From NCBI GenBank assembly GCA_023134705.1, contig JAGLUN010000051.1, positions 3,362 to 67,361 on the forward strand: DNA of 64,000 nucleotides. The letters run 5' to 3'. Origin of the DNA: Candidatus Omnitrophota bacterium (GTDB lineage: Bacteria > Omnitrophota > Gorgyraeia > Duberdicusellales > 4484-171). Positions 47,348-57,678 of this stretch are shown here, piece after piece. Position numbers and translations under genes: made by a program. A model generated the notes under the pieces. That model saw nothing but the letters and a program-made list of their open reading frames with translations. It did no database searches and was not told the DNA's origin. How positions within the stretch are numbered: position 1 is the stretch's first letter; every line of letters begins with the position of its first letter.

Positions 47348-48448
47348 TTATGACTTTGCGCCCTTGCGACTTTCTCTATTGAGTCTTATGTCTTCTGTTT
47401 TCTGTACTTTGTCCTTCACAACCTGCATTCCTTCCTGCAATCGTTGCCCATACATCTTTTTATAGTAATTAAGGTACTCCCCTGACTTAATTTTCATCCA
47501 CCAGCCTTTATTCTGCCTATACCACTCAATTGTTTTTTCTATGCCTTCTTCGAACTTGTATTTAAGCTGCCAGCCTAATTCATTCTTAATTTTAGTTATA
47601 TCCATAGCATACCGTCTATCATGGCCAAGCCTATCTTTTACATAAGTAATTAAGGATTTAGGTTTATTCAAATGTTTTAATATTATTTTTGCTATATTTA
47701 TATTAGTTTCCTCTGAATTTCCTCCGGCATTATAGACTTCTCCTATCCTGCCTTTATGCAAAACAACATCTATTGCCCGGCAAAAATCTTCGGTATAAAT
47801 CCAGTCTCTAACGTTTAAACCGTCTCCGTATAATGGAATGGGTTGATTATCTAAAACATTTGAAATAGTTAAGGGGATATATTTCTCCGGGAATTGATAA
47901 GGCCCGTAGTTATTTGTGCAGCGGACAATTGTTGCCGGAAATTTGAATGTTTCCACATAAGACCGGACTAACAAATCTGAACTTGCTTTTGATGCTGAAT
48001 AAGGACTATTTGGTTGTATTGGCGTTAACTCAGTAAATACCCCTGTCGGACCAAGAGAACCATATACTTCATCAGTCGAAATATGGATAAATTTCTCAAT
48101 ATTGTTTTCTTTTGCCGCTTCTAATAAAACATGAGTGCCAACGATATTTGTTTTTATAAAAGGAATGGAATCTGTAATAGACCGGTCAACGTGTGATTCA
48201 GCGGCAAAATGAACTATAAATGAAATTCCTTCTTCTTTTATTAGATTACTTACCAATTTTCTATCCTCAATCCTTCCCTTAATAAATTTATAATTTGGAT
48301 TACCTTCTATGCTTTTTAAATTTTCTAAGTTACCGGCGTAAGTCAATGCATCTAAATTAATTATCTTATAATCATAATTGTTAAGCATATAATGAATGAA
48401 ATTCGAGCCTATAAATCCACAGCCACCGGTTATTAATATATTTTTCAT
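47348..48448 (-). CDS. rfbB: dTDP-glucose 4,6-dehydratase
   Basis: It carries ILITGGCGFIGSNF and YSASKASSD. It has the full-length RfbB architecture. Confidence 0.85.
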   Translation of the reverse strand: MKNILITGGCGFIGSNFIHYMLNNYDYKIINLDALTYAGNLENLKSIEGNPNYKFIKGRIEDRKLVSNLIKEEGISFIVHFAAESHVDRSITDSIPFIKTNIVGTHVLLEAAKENNIEKFIHISTDEVYGSLGPTGVFTELTPIQPNSPYSASKASSDLLVRSYVETFKFPATIVRCTNNYGPYQFPEKYIPLTISNVLDNQPIPLYGDGLNVRDWIYTEDFCRAIDVVLHKGRIGEVYNAGGNSEETNINIAKIILKHLNKPKSLITYVKDRLGHDRRYAMDITKIKNELGWQLKYKFEEGIEKTIEWYRQNKGWWMKIKSGEYLNYYKKMYGQRLQEGMQVVKDKVQKTEDIRLNRESRKGAKS

Positions 48449-48452
48449 AGTA

Positions 48453-48500
48453 TATTTGATTACACAGATTATTGCTAGATTACACAGATTTCTGTTCGAT
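48453..48500. repeat. Array of GATTACACAGAT-type units (left flank of the GxxExxY gene)
   Basis: It reads GATTACACAGATTATTGCTAGATTACACAGATTTCTGTTCGATTGCTCAGATT. Confidence 0.7.
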
Positions 48501-48508
48501 TGCTCAGA

Positions 48509-48889
48509 TTAAAGAACAAACCTTTTAACTCCACAACTTTTATTGCCGAAATTAACTAATAATCCGACTTTCAAATTAGATGCTCTTAAATAAGAAAGTA
48601 TCTGGTATTTAAAAACATCGGGAATATTGCCTGTTAAGGCTTTAACTTCAACTATAACTTTATCTTCTATGATTAAGTCTAATCTAAGTCTGCCAACATT
48701 CTCTCCTTGATACGAAATCGTAAAACTTTTCTCAGTCTGATACCTTAAGCCTTCCTGTTTTAAAGCTATCTCTAAGGCATTATGGTATATACGCTCATTA
48801 AATCCCGGCCCTAATTCAGAATGAACCCTATAACAACAACCTATTATTTTTTCTGTAAGTGAATCATTATCTTTCATCTGTGTAATCAT
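48509..48889 (-). CDS. GxxExxY-family protein (PD-(D/E)xK-like small selfish/insert gene)
   Basis: It carries LGPGFNERIYHNAL (G..E..Y) and the family end ...GVKRFVL. It is 126 aa. Confidence 0.65.
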   Translation of the reverse strand: MITQMKDNDSLTEKIIGCCYRVHSELGPGFNERIYHNALEIALKQEGLRYQTEKSFTISYQGENVGRLRLDLIIEDKVIVEVKALTGNIPDVFKYQILSYLRASNLKVGLLVNFGNKSCGVKRFVL

Positions 48890-48965
48890 TTTTCATAATC
48901 TGCGTAATCATTTATTATAATCTGTGCCATCATTTTTTATTATCTGTGTAATCTTCCTTTTAATC
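48890..48965. repeat. Array of ATCTGTGTAATC-type units (right flank, inverted relative to the left flank)
   Basis: It reads ATAATCTGCGTAATCATTTATTATAATCTGTGCCATCATTTTTTATTATCTGTGTAATCTTCCTTTTAATCTGTGTAATCA. Confidence 0.7.
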
Positions 48966-49850
48966 TGTGTAATCATTTATTCTAATAAATTTATCGGTAG
49001 ATTCCTCCCATTTTGGGATAGCGATATCTAATGTTTTTTTGATTTTTAAATTCGACATAGCGGAAAACATCGGCCTCTTTGCTTTTGTTTTAAAAGTATC
49101 TATTGAAACGGGAACAATTATATTTTCAGTACCCATTCTATTAATAAAATATCTGGCTAATTCATGTCTTGAAGCATAGCCGGTATTAGTTAGATGGAAT
49201 AAGCCCGTTATGCCTTTTTCTAAACTTAATAATGTAACATTTACAATATTTTCTGTATATGTAGGAACTGAGACTTCATCAGATGTTATTTTAAGCACTT
49301 TAGATTTTTCAGCCCACTGTCTTAACTTGTATAAAAAGTTTTGTTTCCCCTTTCCGATAACCCAACTTAATCTGAATATCAAAAAATCAGATAAACACTC
49401 TTTGATTGCCTGTTCTCCCTCTAATTTGCTTTTACCATATACATTAAGAGGATTTGTCATGTCTTCTTCTACATATAAATCCTGTTTTTGTCCATCAAAC
49501 ACATAGTCTGAACTATAGTGGACTAAAAATATTTTATTTTCTTTACAGATTCTTGCTAAATTCTCGACAGCCTGACTATTTACTAAATGTGCTAATTTTG
49601 AATTTTCTTCGGCTTCATCAACTAGATTATATGCGGCGCAATTAATAATGACATTGGGTTTAGCTTCATTTATTATTGTTCTTGTCTTTGTGAAATCAGT
49701 AATATCCCATTCTTCTTCCGATGGAGCAGCAAAATCAATTTTTCTTTCATGGAAAATTTTCTGAAATTCTTTACTTAATTGCCCTGAAGCGCCTGAAATT
49801 AAAAATTTATTATTCTTCATCGTAAATAAAGCTTTTTTTAATGTTATCAA
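48960..49850 (-). CDS. rfbD: dTDP-4-dehydrorhamnose reductase
   Basis: It has a Rossmann N-terminus (LISGASGQL), is 296 aa and lies in the rfb gene order. Confidence 0.8.
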   Translation of the reverse strand: MITLKKALFTMKNNKFLISGASGQLSKEFQKIFHERKIDFAAPSEEEWDITDFTKTRTIINEAKPNVIINCAAYNLVDEAEENSKLAHLVNSQAVENLARICKENKIFLVHYSSDYVFDGQKQDLYVEEDMTNPLNVYGKSKLEGEQAIKECLSDFLIFRLSWVIGKGKQNFLYKLRQWAEKSKVLKITSDEVSVPTYTENIVNVTLLSLEKGITGLFHLTNTGYASRHELARYFINRMGTENIIVPVSIDTFKTKAKRPMFSAMSNLKIKKTLDIAIPKWEESTDKFIRINDYTD

Positions 49851-50376
49851 AAGAAGGATAAACTGAATCTTTTTCTGATAAAATAGGACTTTCTACCGGC
49901 CAATCAATCTTTAAGGTATCGTCATTCCAAATTATCCCTCTCTCGTGCTGAGGTGAATAAATATTCGTGCATTTATATATAACTTCTGTTATCTCAGATA
50001 ATGTACAAAATCCGTGGGCAAATCCTGAGGGGATATATAGCATTTTTTTATTTTTTGAAGATAGATTAACCCCTATCCATTTACCATAAGTTGGAGACCC
50101 TGTTCTTATATCTACGGCTACATCAAAGATTTCTCCGGAAATAACTTGAATGGTTTTACCTTGAGCAAAGGGGGAAATCTGATAATGTAAACCCCTTAAA
50201 ACTCCTTTTTGAGTTGATTTTGAATAATTATCCTGAATAAATCTTTCTTTTATTCCAAATTCTATAAAATCTGAATACTTATAGGTTTCCATAAAGAAAC
50301 CTCTGCCATCAGGAAAGACTTTAGGTTCAATTAAAACAAGTCCGGGAATATCTAATTTTTTAAAACTAAACGGCAT
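49810..50376 (-). CDS. rfbC: dTDP-4-dehydrorhamnose 3,5-epimerase
   Basis: It carries [11 protein letters not shown] and is 188 aa with a cupin fold. Confidence 0.85.
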   Translation of the reverse strand: MPFSFKKLDIPGLVLIEPKVFPDGRGFFMETYKYSDFIEFGIKERFIQDNYSKSTQKGVLRGLHYQISPFAQGKTIQVISGEIFDVAVDIRTGSPTYGKWIGVNLSSKNKKMLYIPSGFAHGFCTLSEITEVIYKCTNIYSPQHERGIIWNDDTLKIDWPVESPILSEKDSVYPSFDNIKKSFIYDEE

Positions 50377-51259
50377 AACTACATCCCTTATTCATATTTT
50401 CCTTAATAATTCTCAACAAGTACTCACCGTATCCGGCGTTTACATTCTTAGCTATAATTTGTAATTGGTTTTGGTTGATAAAGCCCATCTTATACGCTAT
50501 CTCTTCAATACATCCGATTTTTAGGCCTTGCCGTTCTTCAATGGTTTTAATAAACATTGAGGCATCAAGCAATGAATTATGAGTCCCTGTATCAAGCCAG
50601 GCGTATCCTCTGCCTAATAATTTGACTTTTAACTGCTTCCTCTGTAAATAGGTATTGTTAACATCAGTAATTTCTAACTCTCCTCTCTGGGAAGGCTTGA
50701 TTTTCTTTGCTATTTTTACAACCGAGTTATCATAAAAATATAATCCGGTAATCGCCCAGTTGGACTTAGATTTTTTAGGTTTTTCTTCTATAGAAATTAC
50801 ATTATTGTTATCATCAAACTCTACTACACCGTAACGTTGGGGGTCTTTTACGTAATACCCAAAAACAGTAGCCCCTTGTTTCTGTGAAACTGTTTCCTTT
50901 AAAACCTCTGAAATACCGTGGCCAAAAAATATATTATCTCCCAACACTAAACACACTGAATTCTTACCAATAAATTCTTCTCCTATAATGAATGCCTCGG
51001 CTAAACCTTTGGGTTCTTTCTGTTGGGCGTATTGAATGTTTAAGCCAAAATCTTCTCCGCTATTTAATAAATCCGTAAATCTCGGCAAAGCCTCAAGCGT
51101 TGAGATAATAAGTATATCCCTGATTCCTGCCAGCATTAATACCGATAATGGATAATAAATCATCGGTTTGTCATAAACAGGCAAAAGCTGCTTACAAACG
51201 GCTTTTGTTACCGGATATAATCTTGTTGCTTTACCGCCTGCTAATATTATTCCTTTCAT
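50366..51259 (-). CDS. rfbA: Glucose-1-phosphate thymidylyltransferase
   Basis: It carries [39 protein letters not shown]. Confidence 0.9.
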   Translation of the reverse strand: MKGIILAGGKATRLYPVTKAVCKQLLPVYDKPMIYYPLSVLMLAGIRDILIISTLEALPRFTDLLNSGEDFGLNIQYAQQKEPKGLAEAFIIGEEFIGKNSVCLVLGDNIFFGHGISEVLKETVSQKQGATVFGYYVKDPQRYGVVEFDDNNNVISIEEKPKKSKSNWAITGLYFYDNSVVKIAKKIKPSQRGELEITDVNNTYLQRKQLKVKLLGRGYAWLDTGTHNSLLDASMFIKTIEERQGLKIGCIEEIAYKMGFINQNQLQIIAKNVNAGYGEYLLRIIKENMNKGCSYAV

Positions 51260-51270
51260 TCTTTAGCTTC

Positions 51271-51420
51271 TCTCTATTATCGTATATCGTATCGCGTATT
51301 GCGTATCGAGTATCGAATATCTATCATCTACTCTCCATTTTCTGTTCTCGCCCTACATTTCTCGTCCTTCGTCTTTTCGTCTCTCGTCCCTCGTTTCTTA
51401 TCCCCCTTCACTTCCGTCCA
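51271..51420. repeat. Family-A composite repeat
   Basis: It has the CGTATCGCGTATTGCGTATCGAGTATCG array, then the TCGTCC/CTCGTCCCTCGT tract. Confidence 0.8.
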
Positions 51421-52757
51421 ACACTCACATAAGTAAATCCTAATCTTTTCATCCTCTCCGGCTCATAGATGTTCCGGGTGTCAATTAGTACCGGTTTTTT
51501 TAACAATTTTTTTGCTTTTGCTAAGTCGAGATACCGGAATTCGTTCCATTCGGTAAGGATAACCAGAGCGTCGCTGTCTTCCATAACCTCATAGGCGTCA
51601 TTACAATACCTGATATCCTTCAGTACTTTTTTTGCCGCGTTCATTGCCACCGGGTCAAACGCTTTTATTTGAGCGCCGTCTTTTTTTAAACCTTCGATTA
51701 TAGTAATAGCCGCGGATTCCCGAATATCATCAGTGTTAGGTTTAAAGGCTAAGCCTAATATGCCAATGGTTTTATTTTTAAGATTGCCTATTATCTTTTT
51801 GATTTTTTCTATCATCCATTTTTTTTGCCGCTCATTTACCGCTACAGTTGCTTTCACGATTTTTAAGTCATAACCCACGTTTTTGGCAATATCAATTAAA
51901 GCAAGGGTATCTTTTGGGAAGCAGGACCCTCCGTAGCCGGGGCTGGCATGAAGGAATTTAAAGCCGATTCTTCTATCGAGCCCGATGCCTTTAGCAATCA
52001 TGTTTACGTCAGCTCCTACCTTTTCGCAGATATTAGCCATTTCATTGATGAATGAAATTTTTGTCGCCAGAAACGCGTTTGCCGCGTATTTAATCATCTC
52101 GGATGTTTCGAGTGTGGTGAATACCATGGGGGTTTCGAATAAATAAAACGGCCGGTAGATATCTTTCATAATCGCTCTTGCCTGATCACTTTCCGTGCCT
52201 ACGACAATCCTATTCGGACGCATAAAGTCTTCGATTGCCGAACCTTCCCTCAGGAATTCAGGATTTGATACCAGGTCAAAATCCGGCATCCGGGGATCAA
52301 TATCCGGATTCTTAGCTAATCGTTCCGGAGAAAATTTTTCATCTAATGTTTTCTGAATCATTACGCGGACATTGGCGCAGGTTCCCATTGGAACAGTGCT
52401 TTTCATCACAATAACTTTATACTCATCCATATGTTCAGCTATTGCTACGGCAACCGCGTTTATGTTTGATATGTCAGGCGCGCCATCACCGCTATTAGGT
52501 GTATTTACCGCGATATAAAGAGCTAAAGACGATTGGATGCTTTCTTCTAAATTTGTAGTAAAGCTTAGCCGTTTTTCTTTTAGATTCCTATGGACTAATT
52601 CCTCTAACCCCAGTTCATAAATGGGAATAATGCCTTTTCGCAGTTTCTTGATTTTTTCCTCATCTTTATCCACGCATATTACCGTATGCCCGAAATCCGC
52701 CAGACAGGTTCCTGTTACTAAGCCCACATAGCCGGCACCAAAAATTGAGATATTCAT
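51408..52757 (-). CDS. ugd: UDP-glucose 6-dehydrogenase
   Basis: It has the N-terminal NAD-binding motif FGAGYVGLVTG and the catalytic segment GGSCFPKD. It is 449 aa. Confidence 0.85.
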   Translation of the reverse strand: MNISIFGAGYVGLVTGTCLADFGHTVICVDKDEEKIKKLRKGIIPIYELGLEELVHRNLKEKRLSFTTNLEESIQSSLALYIAVNTPNSGDGAPDISNINAVAVAIAEHMDEYKVIVMKSTVPMGTCANVRVMIQKTLDEKFSPERLAKNPDIDPRMPDFDLVSNPEFLREGSAIEDFMRPNRIVVGTESDQARAIMKDIYRPFYLFETPMVFTTLETSEMIKYAANAFLATKISFINEMANICEKVGADVNMIAKGIGLDRRIGFKFLHASPGYGGSCFPKDTLALIDIAKNVGYDLKIVKATVAVNERQKKWMIEKIKKIIGNLKNKTIGILGLAFKPNTDDIRESAAITIIEGLKKDGAQIKAFDPVAMNAAKKVLKDIRYCNDAYEVMEDSDALVILTEWNEFRYLDLAKAKKLLKKPVLIDTRNIYEPERMKRLGFTYVSVGRK

Positions 52758-52760
52758 GTT

Positions 52761-53720
52761 TTAAACCGCCTCCTTCTTTCCAAGCGAAATTTTTTTTGAA
52801 AAATATTCTATTGTTCTTTTTAAACCCTCATCGATATCAATCCGGGGTTTCCATTTTAAAATTTTAGTTGCTTTTGTGATATCGGGTTTTCTTCTTTTGG
52901 GATCGTCTTGGGGCAATTTAAAAAATGTTATTTTTGACGATAAGCCGGTTATTTCCATTACTTTTTTCGCGAGCTCAAGCATCGTATATTCACTTGGATT
53001 CCCTAAATTAATAGGTAACAAATATTTAATGTCCATGAGTTTTAAAATTCCTTCAATTAAATCATCCACGAAACAAAAGGATCTGGTTTGCGTACCCTTT
53101 CCATATATTGTTAATGCCTTCCCTTTCAAAACCTGCACAATAAAATTAGAAACGACTCTTCCATCATCAAGCTGCATATTCGGCCCATAGGTATTGAAAA
53201 TACGGACAATTCGAATTTCAATATTATGTTGACGGTGATAGGCGTAGGTTAATGCTTCAGCCCCTCTTTTGCTTTCATCATAACAACTACGCTCACCAAT
53301 CGTATTGACATTACCCCAATATTCTTCAGGCTGCGGATGAATTAGCGGGTCTCCATACACTTCAGAAGTCGATGCGAGAAAAAACTTTGCCTTCTTGAGC
53401 TTTGCTAATCCTAAACAATTATGTGTACCTAAAAGCCCGGATTTTAAGGTCTTAATCGGATGCGCGAGATAATCGTTAGGGGAAGCAATCGCGGCAAAAT
53501 GTAAAACCCAGTCAATATCTTCTTCTATTACAAACGGCTTTGATATATCATGCTCAATAAGTGTGAAGTTGTTGTTCCCTATCAATCCCCGCACATTTTC
53601 CTTGGATCCGGTGATAAAATTATCTATACATACTACCCGATCCCCTCGATCGAGAAACTTCTTGCATAAATGGGATCCAATAAAACCCGCGCCGCCGGTA
53701 ATTAAGATTTTCATTTTCAA
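52761..53720 (-). CDS. UDP-glucuronate decarboxylase (UDP-xylose synthase)
   Basis: It carries ILITGGAGFIGSHL and YDESKRGAE, and closely resembles UXS-type SDRs. It is 319 aa. Confidence 0.75.
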   Translation of the reverse strand: MKMKILITGGAGFIGSHLCKKFLDRGDRVVCIDNFITGSKENVRGLIGNNNFTLIEHDISKPFVIEEDIDWVLHFAAIASPNDYLAHPIKTLKSGLLGTHNCLGLAKLKKAKFFLASTSEVYGDPLIHPQPEEYWGNVNTIGERSCYDESKRGAEALTYAYHRQHNIEIRIVRIFNTYGPNMQLDDGRVVSNFIVQVLKGKALTIYGKGTQTRSFCFVDDLIEGILKLMDIKYLLPINLGNPSEYTMLELAKKVMEITGLSSKITFFKLPQDDPKRRKPDITKATKILKWKPRIDIDEGLKRTIEYFSKKISLGKKEAV

Positions 53721-53740
53721 TCTCCTTTGAGTATCAAGTA

Positions 53741-53990
53741 TTGCGTATCGTGTGAAGAAAGGTTACATAAAGTTACTTAAAGTTAAGGTTACTTAAAGTT
53801 ACATAAGGTTACTTAAAGTTGCTTAAGGTTGCGTTAACGTGAAGTAACCTTCTCAAAGCAACCTTCTCTAACCTTCCCTAACCTCAGGTAACTTTCCCAA
53901 AGTAACCTTCTCTGCGTAACCTTCTTAATGTAACCTTCTTAATGTAACCTTCTCTAAGTACCTTATCAGCTATCGACCATCGACTTCCTT
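53741..53990. repeat. Family-B element (the largest copy) with the terminus CAGCTATCGACCATCGACTTCC
   Basis: It reads AAGGTTACATAAAGTTACTTAAAGTTAAGGTTACTTAAAGTTACATAAGGTTACTTAAAGTTGCTTAAGGTTGCGTTAACGTGAAGTAACC, followed by nine reverse GTAACC/TAACC units. Confidence 0.85.
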
Positions 53991-54016
53991 TTTGTGAGTT
54001 TGTGACATAGAACACT

Positions 54017-55342
54017 TCAGAGTCTCCAGTACAACAATCCTGAGTCTTTGAATGTTTCTTTGTTGAAGATGCCTTTAACATCAATCACTACGCCTTTACT
54101 GCCTTTGCGCGATACATGGTTTTTTATGGCTTCGGGTGTTAGTTTTTCCCGGAAAAGGTCGTGGTTCACCGCGAGTATTATGCCGTCAGCCTTAATCTCA
54201 GGGGTGTATCCGGTTAAATCTATGTTGTATTCTTTTTTTACCTCTTCTTTATCAGCTAAAGGGTCGCAGATAATGACTTCTACTCCATAGACTTTTAGCT
54301 CTTGGATTATGTCAATTACCCGGGAATTGCGGATATCACTGACATTCTCCTTAAAAGTGATTCCGCAAAGGAGAATTTTTGCTCCTTTGACCGGTTTATC
54401 AGCTTCAATGAGGTTTTTTATTACGGCTTCGGCAATATATTTGCCCATACCGTCATTTATTCTTCGTCCGGCAAGTATAATTTGGGGATTATAGCCTAAT
54501 TCTTCAGCTTTGAAAGTTAAGTAGTAAGGGTCTACTCCGATGCAATGGCCGCCTACCAGTCCGGGAAACATTTTGATGAAATTCCATTTAGTTGCCGCGG
54601 CATTTAATACCGATAAAGTATCAATGCCGGCTTTTTGAAAAATTATCGCCAGTTCGTTCATAAGCGCGATATTGAGATCTCTCTGAGTGTTCTCTATGAT
54701 TTTCGCGGCTTCGGCGCATCTAATAGACTCGGCTTTATACACTCCGGCTTCGATAATCAATTCGTAAACTTCAGAAATTTGCTTAAGTGTTTCCCGGTCA
54801 CAGCCGGATACTACCTTTATAATATTTGTAAGTGTATGTTCTTTATCCCCGGGATTAATGCGTTCGGGAGAATAGCCGGCTTTAAAATCTTGTTTATACT
54901 TAAGCTTTGAATGTTGTTCTAAAAGCGGTATGCAAAGGTCTTCGGTCACTCCGGGATAAACTGTTGATTCAAAAACAACAATAGCGCCTTTTTTTAAGTT
55001 TTTACCCACGATTTTCGAAGCATTCAGGAGGTAGGAGAGATCAGGCCGCTTATTTTTGGTTATCGGTGTAGGCACAGCTACAATAATGAAATCAGCTTGT
55101 TTCAGTTTTTTTTCGTCGTCTGTAAATTCCAGGAAAGACGCGGATTTGATTTCATCGGGGGTTGTTTCGTTGTTTGAGTCAATTCCCTTTTGTAAATTAG
55201 CTATCCGCGTTTGTTTTAAGTCAAACCCGATAGTATGCGTAATTTTACCGAATTCGACAGCCAGAGGAAGTCCGACATAACCAAGCCCCACAACCGCGAC
55301 TTTCGCTTTTTTTGTTTTGAGCTTTTCAGATAAATTCATCAT
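54017..55342 (-). CDS. UDP-N-acetyl-hexosamine 6-dehydrogenase (WecC/TviB/WbpA family nucleotide-sugar dehydrogenase)
   Basis: It has the N-terminal motif VVGLGYVGLPLA and the catalytic Cys region GGHCIGVDP. It is 441 aa. Confidence 0.7.
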   Translation of the reverse strand: MMNLSEKLKTKKAKVAVVGLGYVGLPLAVEFGKITHTIGFDLKQTRIANLQKGIDSNNETTPDEIKSASFLEFTDDEKKLKQADFIIVAVPTPITKNKRPDLSYLLNASKIVGKNLKKGAIVVFESTVYPGVTEDLCIPLLEQHSKLKYKQDFKAGYSPERINPGDKEHTLTNIIKVVSGCDRETLKQISEVYELIIEAGVYKAESIRCAEAAKIIENTQRDLNIALMNELAIIFQKAGIDTLSVLNAAATKWNFIKMFPGLVGGHCIGVDPYYLTFKAEELGYNPQIILAGRRINDGMGKYIAEAVIKNLIEADKPVKGAKILLCGITFKENVSDIRNSRVIDIIQELKVYGVEVIICDPLADKEEVKKEYNIDLTGYTPEIKADGIILAVNHDLFREKLTPEAIKNHVSRKGSKGVVIDVKGIFNKETFKDSGLLYWRL

Positions 55343-55510
55343 CTCTCACCTTTTTTTATTTAACCACATTTTTTTTGACAGGATTAACTGGATTAACAAG
55401 ATAAAATTTCATATTTAACCACAAGATTACACTAGATCTTGATACTTTAAAATCTTCTTAACAATTTAATCGCGGATTATTTTTTTACCACGAAGTTCAC
55501 GAAGGTTTTA

Positions 55511-55957
55511 TCATAGAACAAATCTTTTTATTCCTAATTTTAATTTTTCAACGTTAAAATTAAGCAATAACCCAACTTTAATTTTTGCCAATTTCATATA
55601 AGTTAGTATTTGAGCTTCGTGTATGCCTAAAATTTTATCAACGCTTTTTAATTCTATAATAAGCTTATTTGCTATAAGAATATCGATACGATATCCACAA
55701 TCTAATTTAATCCCGTTATATTCTATCGGTAAAGAACATTGTAGAGTAAACGGTATATCTGATAGTTTTAATTCATGAGCTAAACATTGTTCATAAGCCG
55801 ATTCAAGTAAGCCTGGTCCAAGAGCCCGGTGTACTTTTATGGCACAACCTATAACTTTATTTGATAATTCATCAAATTTTACTTCGTGTCCTTCGTGTTT
55901 AAAATATTTATTTACCGGCACTTCTTCCATACTCATCTTCCAGCCTCTGGATATCAT
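55511..55957 (-). CDS. GxxExxY-family protein (second copy)
   Basis: It carries LGPGLLESAYEQCL and the end GIKRFVL. The start is probably internal (M8 or M10), so the overlap with manC may be shorter. Confidence 0.6.
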   Translation of the reverse strand: MISRGWKMSMEEVPVNKYFKHEGHEVKFDELSNKVIGCAIKVHRALGPGLLESAYEQCLAHELKLSDIPFTLQCSLPIEYNGIKLDCGYRIDILIANKLIIELKSVDKILGIHEAQILTYMKLAKIKVGLLLNFNVEKLKLGIKRFVL

Positions 55958-57368
55958 CTTCTTCCAGATATTTTCCGCATTGCACCTCTATGATTTTTAA
56001 AGGGATATCTATGGGATTTTCCAAGCAATGAATGCCTTTTTTGGGGATATAAGTGCTTTCATTGGTGTTAAGGTAGAGAGTGTTTTTTTTGTTGGTTATT
56101 TTCGCTTCGCCTTCCACTACTACCCAGTGTTCGCTTCTTTGTATATGTCTCTGGAGGCTCAGTCTTTTATGGGGTAATACTTCCACAAGTTTAACTTTAA
56201 ATCCAATGCCGGAATTTAAAACCGTGTAAGTTCCCCAGGGCCTTTTTACTTTCGTATGAATTGAATGTTCTTTACGTCGGTTTTGTTTGAGGATACGGAC
56301 TATTTCTTTTACTTCTTCCGCTCTTGACTTGTCACAAACAAGAAGAGCGTCCGGCGTATCGCTGATAATCAGGTCTTTTAAGCCAATAGTAGCAATCAGC
56401 CTTGGCTCACCGAATACCGCTGTATTTTTGCTCCCTATATCTATGGAATCCGCCTGGATTGTATTACCGTTTTTATCTTTAGCTAAAAGTTCAGCTAAAG
56501 CCGGCCAGGAACCCAAATCCGACCAGCCAATATCTTTCGCGGCCACTACCGCGGTTCGCTTGGATTTCTCTAATATCCCGTAGTCAAGCGAAATAGCCGG
56601 TATTCGTTTCCATGTTTTTTCGTTTATATCCGCGGTATCTATTTTCTTTAGTTTCGCGGCAAGTTCCGGCAAATAAGCTGTTATTTCATCCAAAATGACT
56701 TTTGCTTTCCAGATAAACATTCCACTGTTCCAGAAATATTTTTTGTCCTTAAAATACTTCTCGGCTTTAACCCTATCCGGTTTTTCCACGAATTTCTCAA
56801 CACGATATGCTTTGTATTTCGCCTGTCTGTTTTTACTCTTTAGGTCTATGGTCTGTGGTCTATGGTCTATGGTCTGTATTTTAATATACCCATACCCTGT
56901 ATGAGGCATAGTTGGCGGAATCCCCAGAGTAACCAGATAATCTTTTCCTGCTAATATCTCTGCCTGTTTCAATACACCTAAAAAACTTGTGTTATTCGAA
57001 ATAAAGTGGTCTGAGGGGAAAACAAACATTATCGCGTCAGGGTCTTGTTTAATTATAAACCTTGCGGCTAAACCAATAGCCGGAGCAGTGTTTTTCCCTT
57101 CAGGCTCAAGAATGATATTCGCCTCCGGTATGAAAAAATTTTCAACCTGTCTTTTTATCTCGAAGTTATGCCGGCAATTGGCGACAATATAAATGTTTTT
57201 TGGCGCGATAAAGGGTGTAATCCGTTTCACGGTCTGTTGAAGTAAGGATTTATTGCCTTTGAGTTTTAAAAATTGCTTTGGTTCCAACTCCCGGCTTAAC
57301 GGCCAAAAACGGCTGCCTACTCCGCCAGCCAGAATTACCGCGTACTTGTTATTTGATATTTCGTTCAT
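55908..57368 (-). CDS. manC: Mannose-1-phosphate guanylyltransferase / mannose-6-phosphate isomerase (bifunctional, with a cupin C-terminus)
   Basis: It carries AVILAGGVGSRFWPLS and FVEKP. The C-terminal cupin carries GEAKI...YIPKGIHCLENP. Confidence 0.85.
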   Translation of the reverse strand: MNEISNNKYAVILAGGVGSRFWPLSRELEPKQFLKLKGNKSLLQQTVKRITPFIAPKNIYIVANCRHNFEIKRQVENFFIPEANIILEPEGKNTAPAIGLAARFIIKQDPDAIMFVFPSDHFISNNTSFLGVLKQAEILAGKDYLVTLGIPPTMPHTGYGYIKIQTIDHRPQTIDLKSKNRQAKYKAYRVEKFVEKPDRVKAEKYFKDKKYFWNSGMFIWKAKVILDEITAYLPELAAKLKKIDTADINEKTWKRIPAISLDYGILEKSKRTAVVAAKDIGWSDLGSWPALAELLAKDKNGNTIQADSIDIGSKNTAVFGEPRLIATIGLKDLIISDTPDALLVCDKSRAEEVKEIVRILKQNRRKEHSIHTKVKRPWGTYTVLNSGIGFKVKLVEVLPHKRLSLQRHIQRSEHWVVVEGEAKITNKKNTLYLNTNESTYIPKKGIHCLENPIDIPLKIIEVQCGKYLEEDDIQRLEDEYGRSAGK

Positions 57369-57620
57369 ATATCGTCAATGGTTAATAGTCGATAGTCAAT
57401 GGTCGATAGTCTATGGGGAGAAAGTAACGCGTATTGCGTATCCTTCGGGGATACTCAGGATTCTCTCCTTCGACTGTGCTCAGGACAAGTTTCGGTCATC
57501 GCATATCGAGCATTCAGCATCCAAACTTTCTGACTTCTGTCCTCTGACTTCTGAAGCCTGTCTCCTCCCACTTCTCTATCGAGCATCTAAACTTTCTATT
57601 TACTGCCTTCTTCCCTCTGA
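57361..57620. repeat. Family-A composite repeat with GTCGATAGTCAATGG units
   Basis: It has TCGTCAATGGTTAATAGTCGATAGTCAATGGTCGATAGTCTATGG, then CGTATTGCGTATCC and GAGCATTCAGCATCC/GAGCATCTAAAC units. Confidence 0.75.
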
Positions 57621-57678
57621 AGTTTTAGGCCTTGAGTCTTGGGTCTTGGGAAGAAGGCTTTTTCTCCCCTGTCCTGCT

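Noticed and set aside
53884-54084. 66-aa ORF at the 3' end of the UDP-HexNAc dehydrogenase gene
   Set aside because: It overlaps the family-B repeat terminus and the end of a well-supported gene in another frame. It has no RBS or domain signal.
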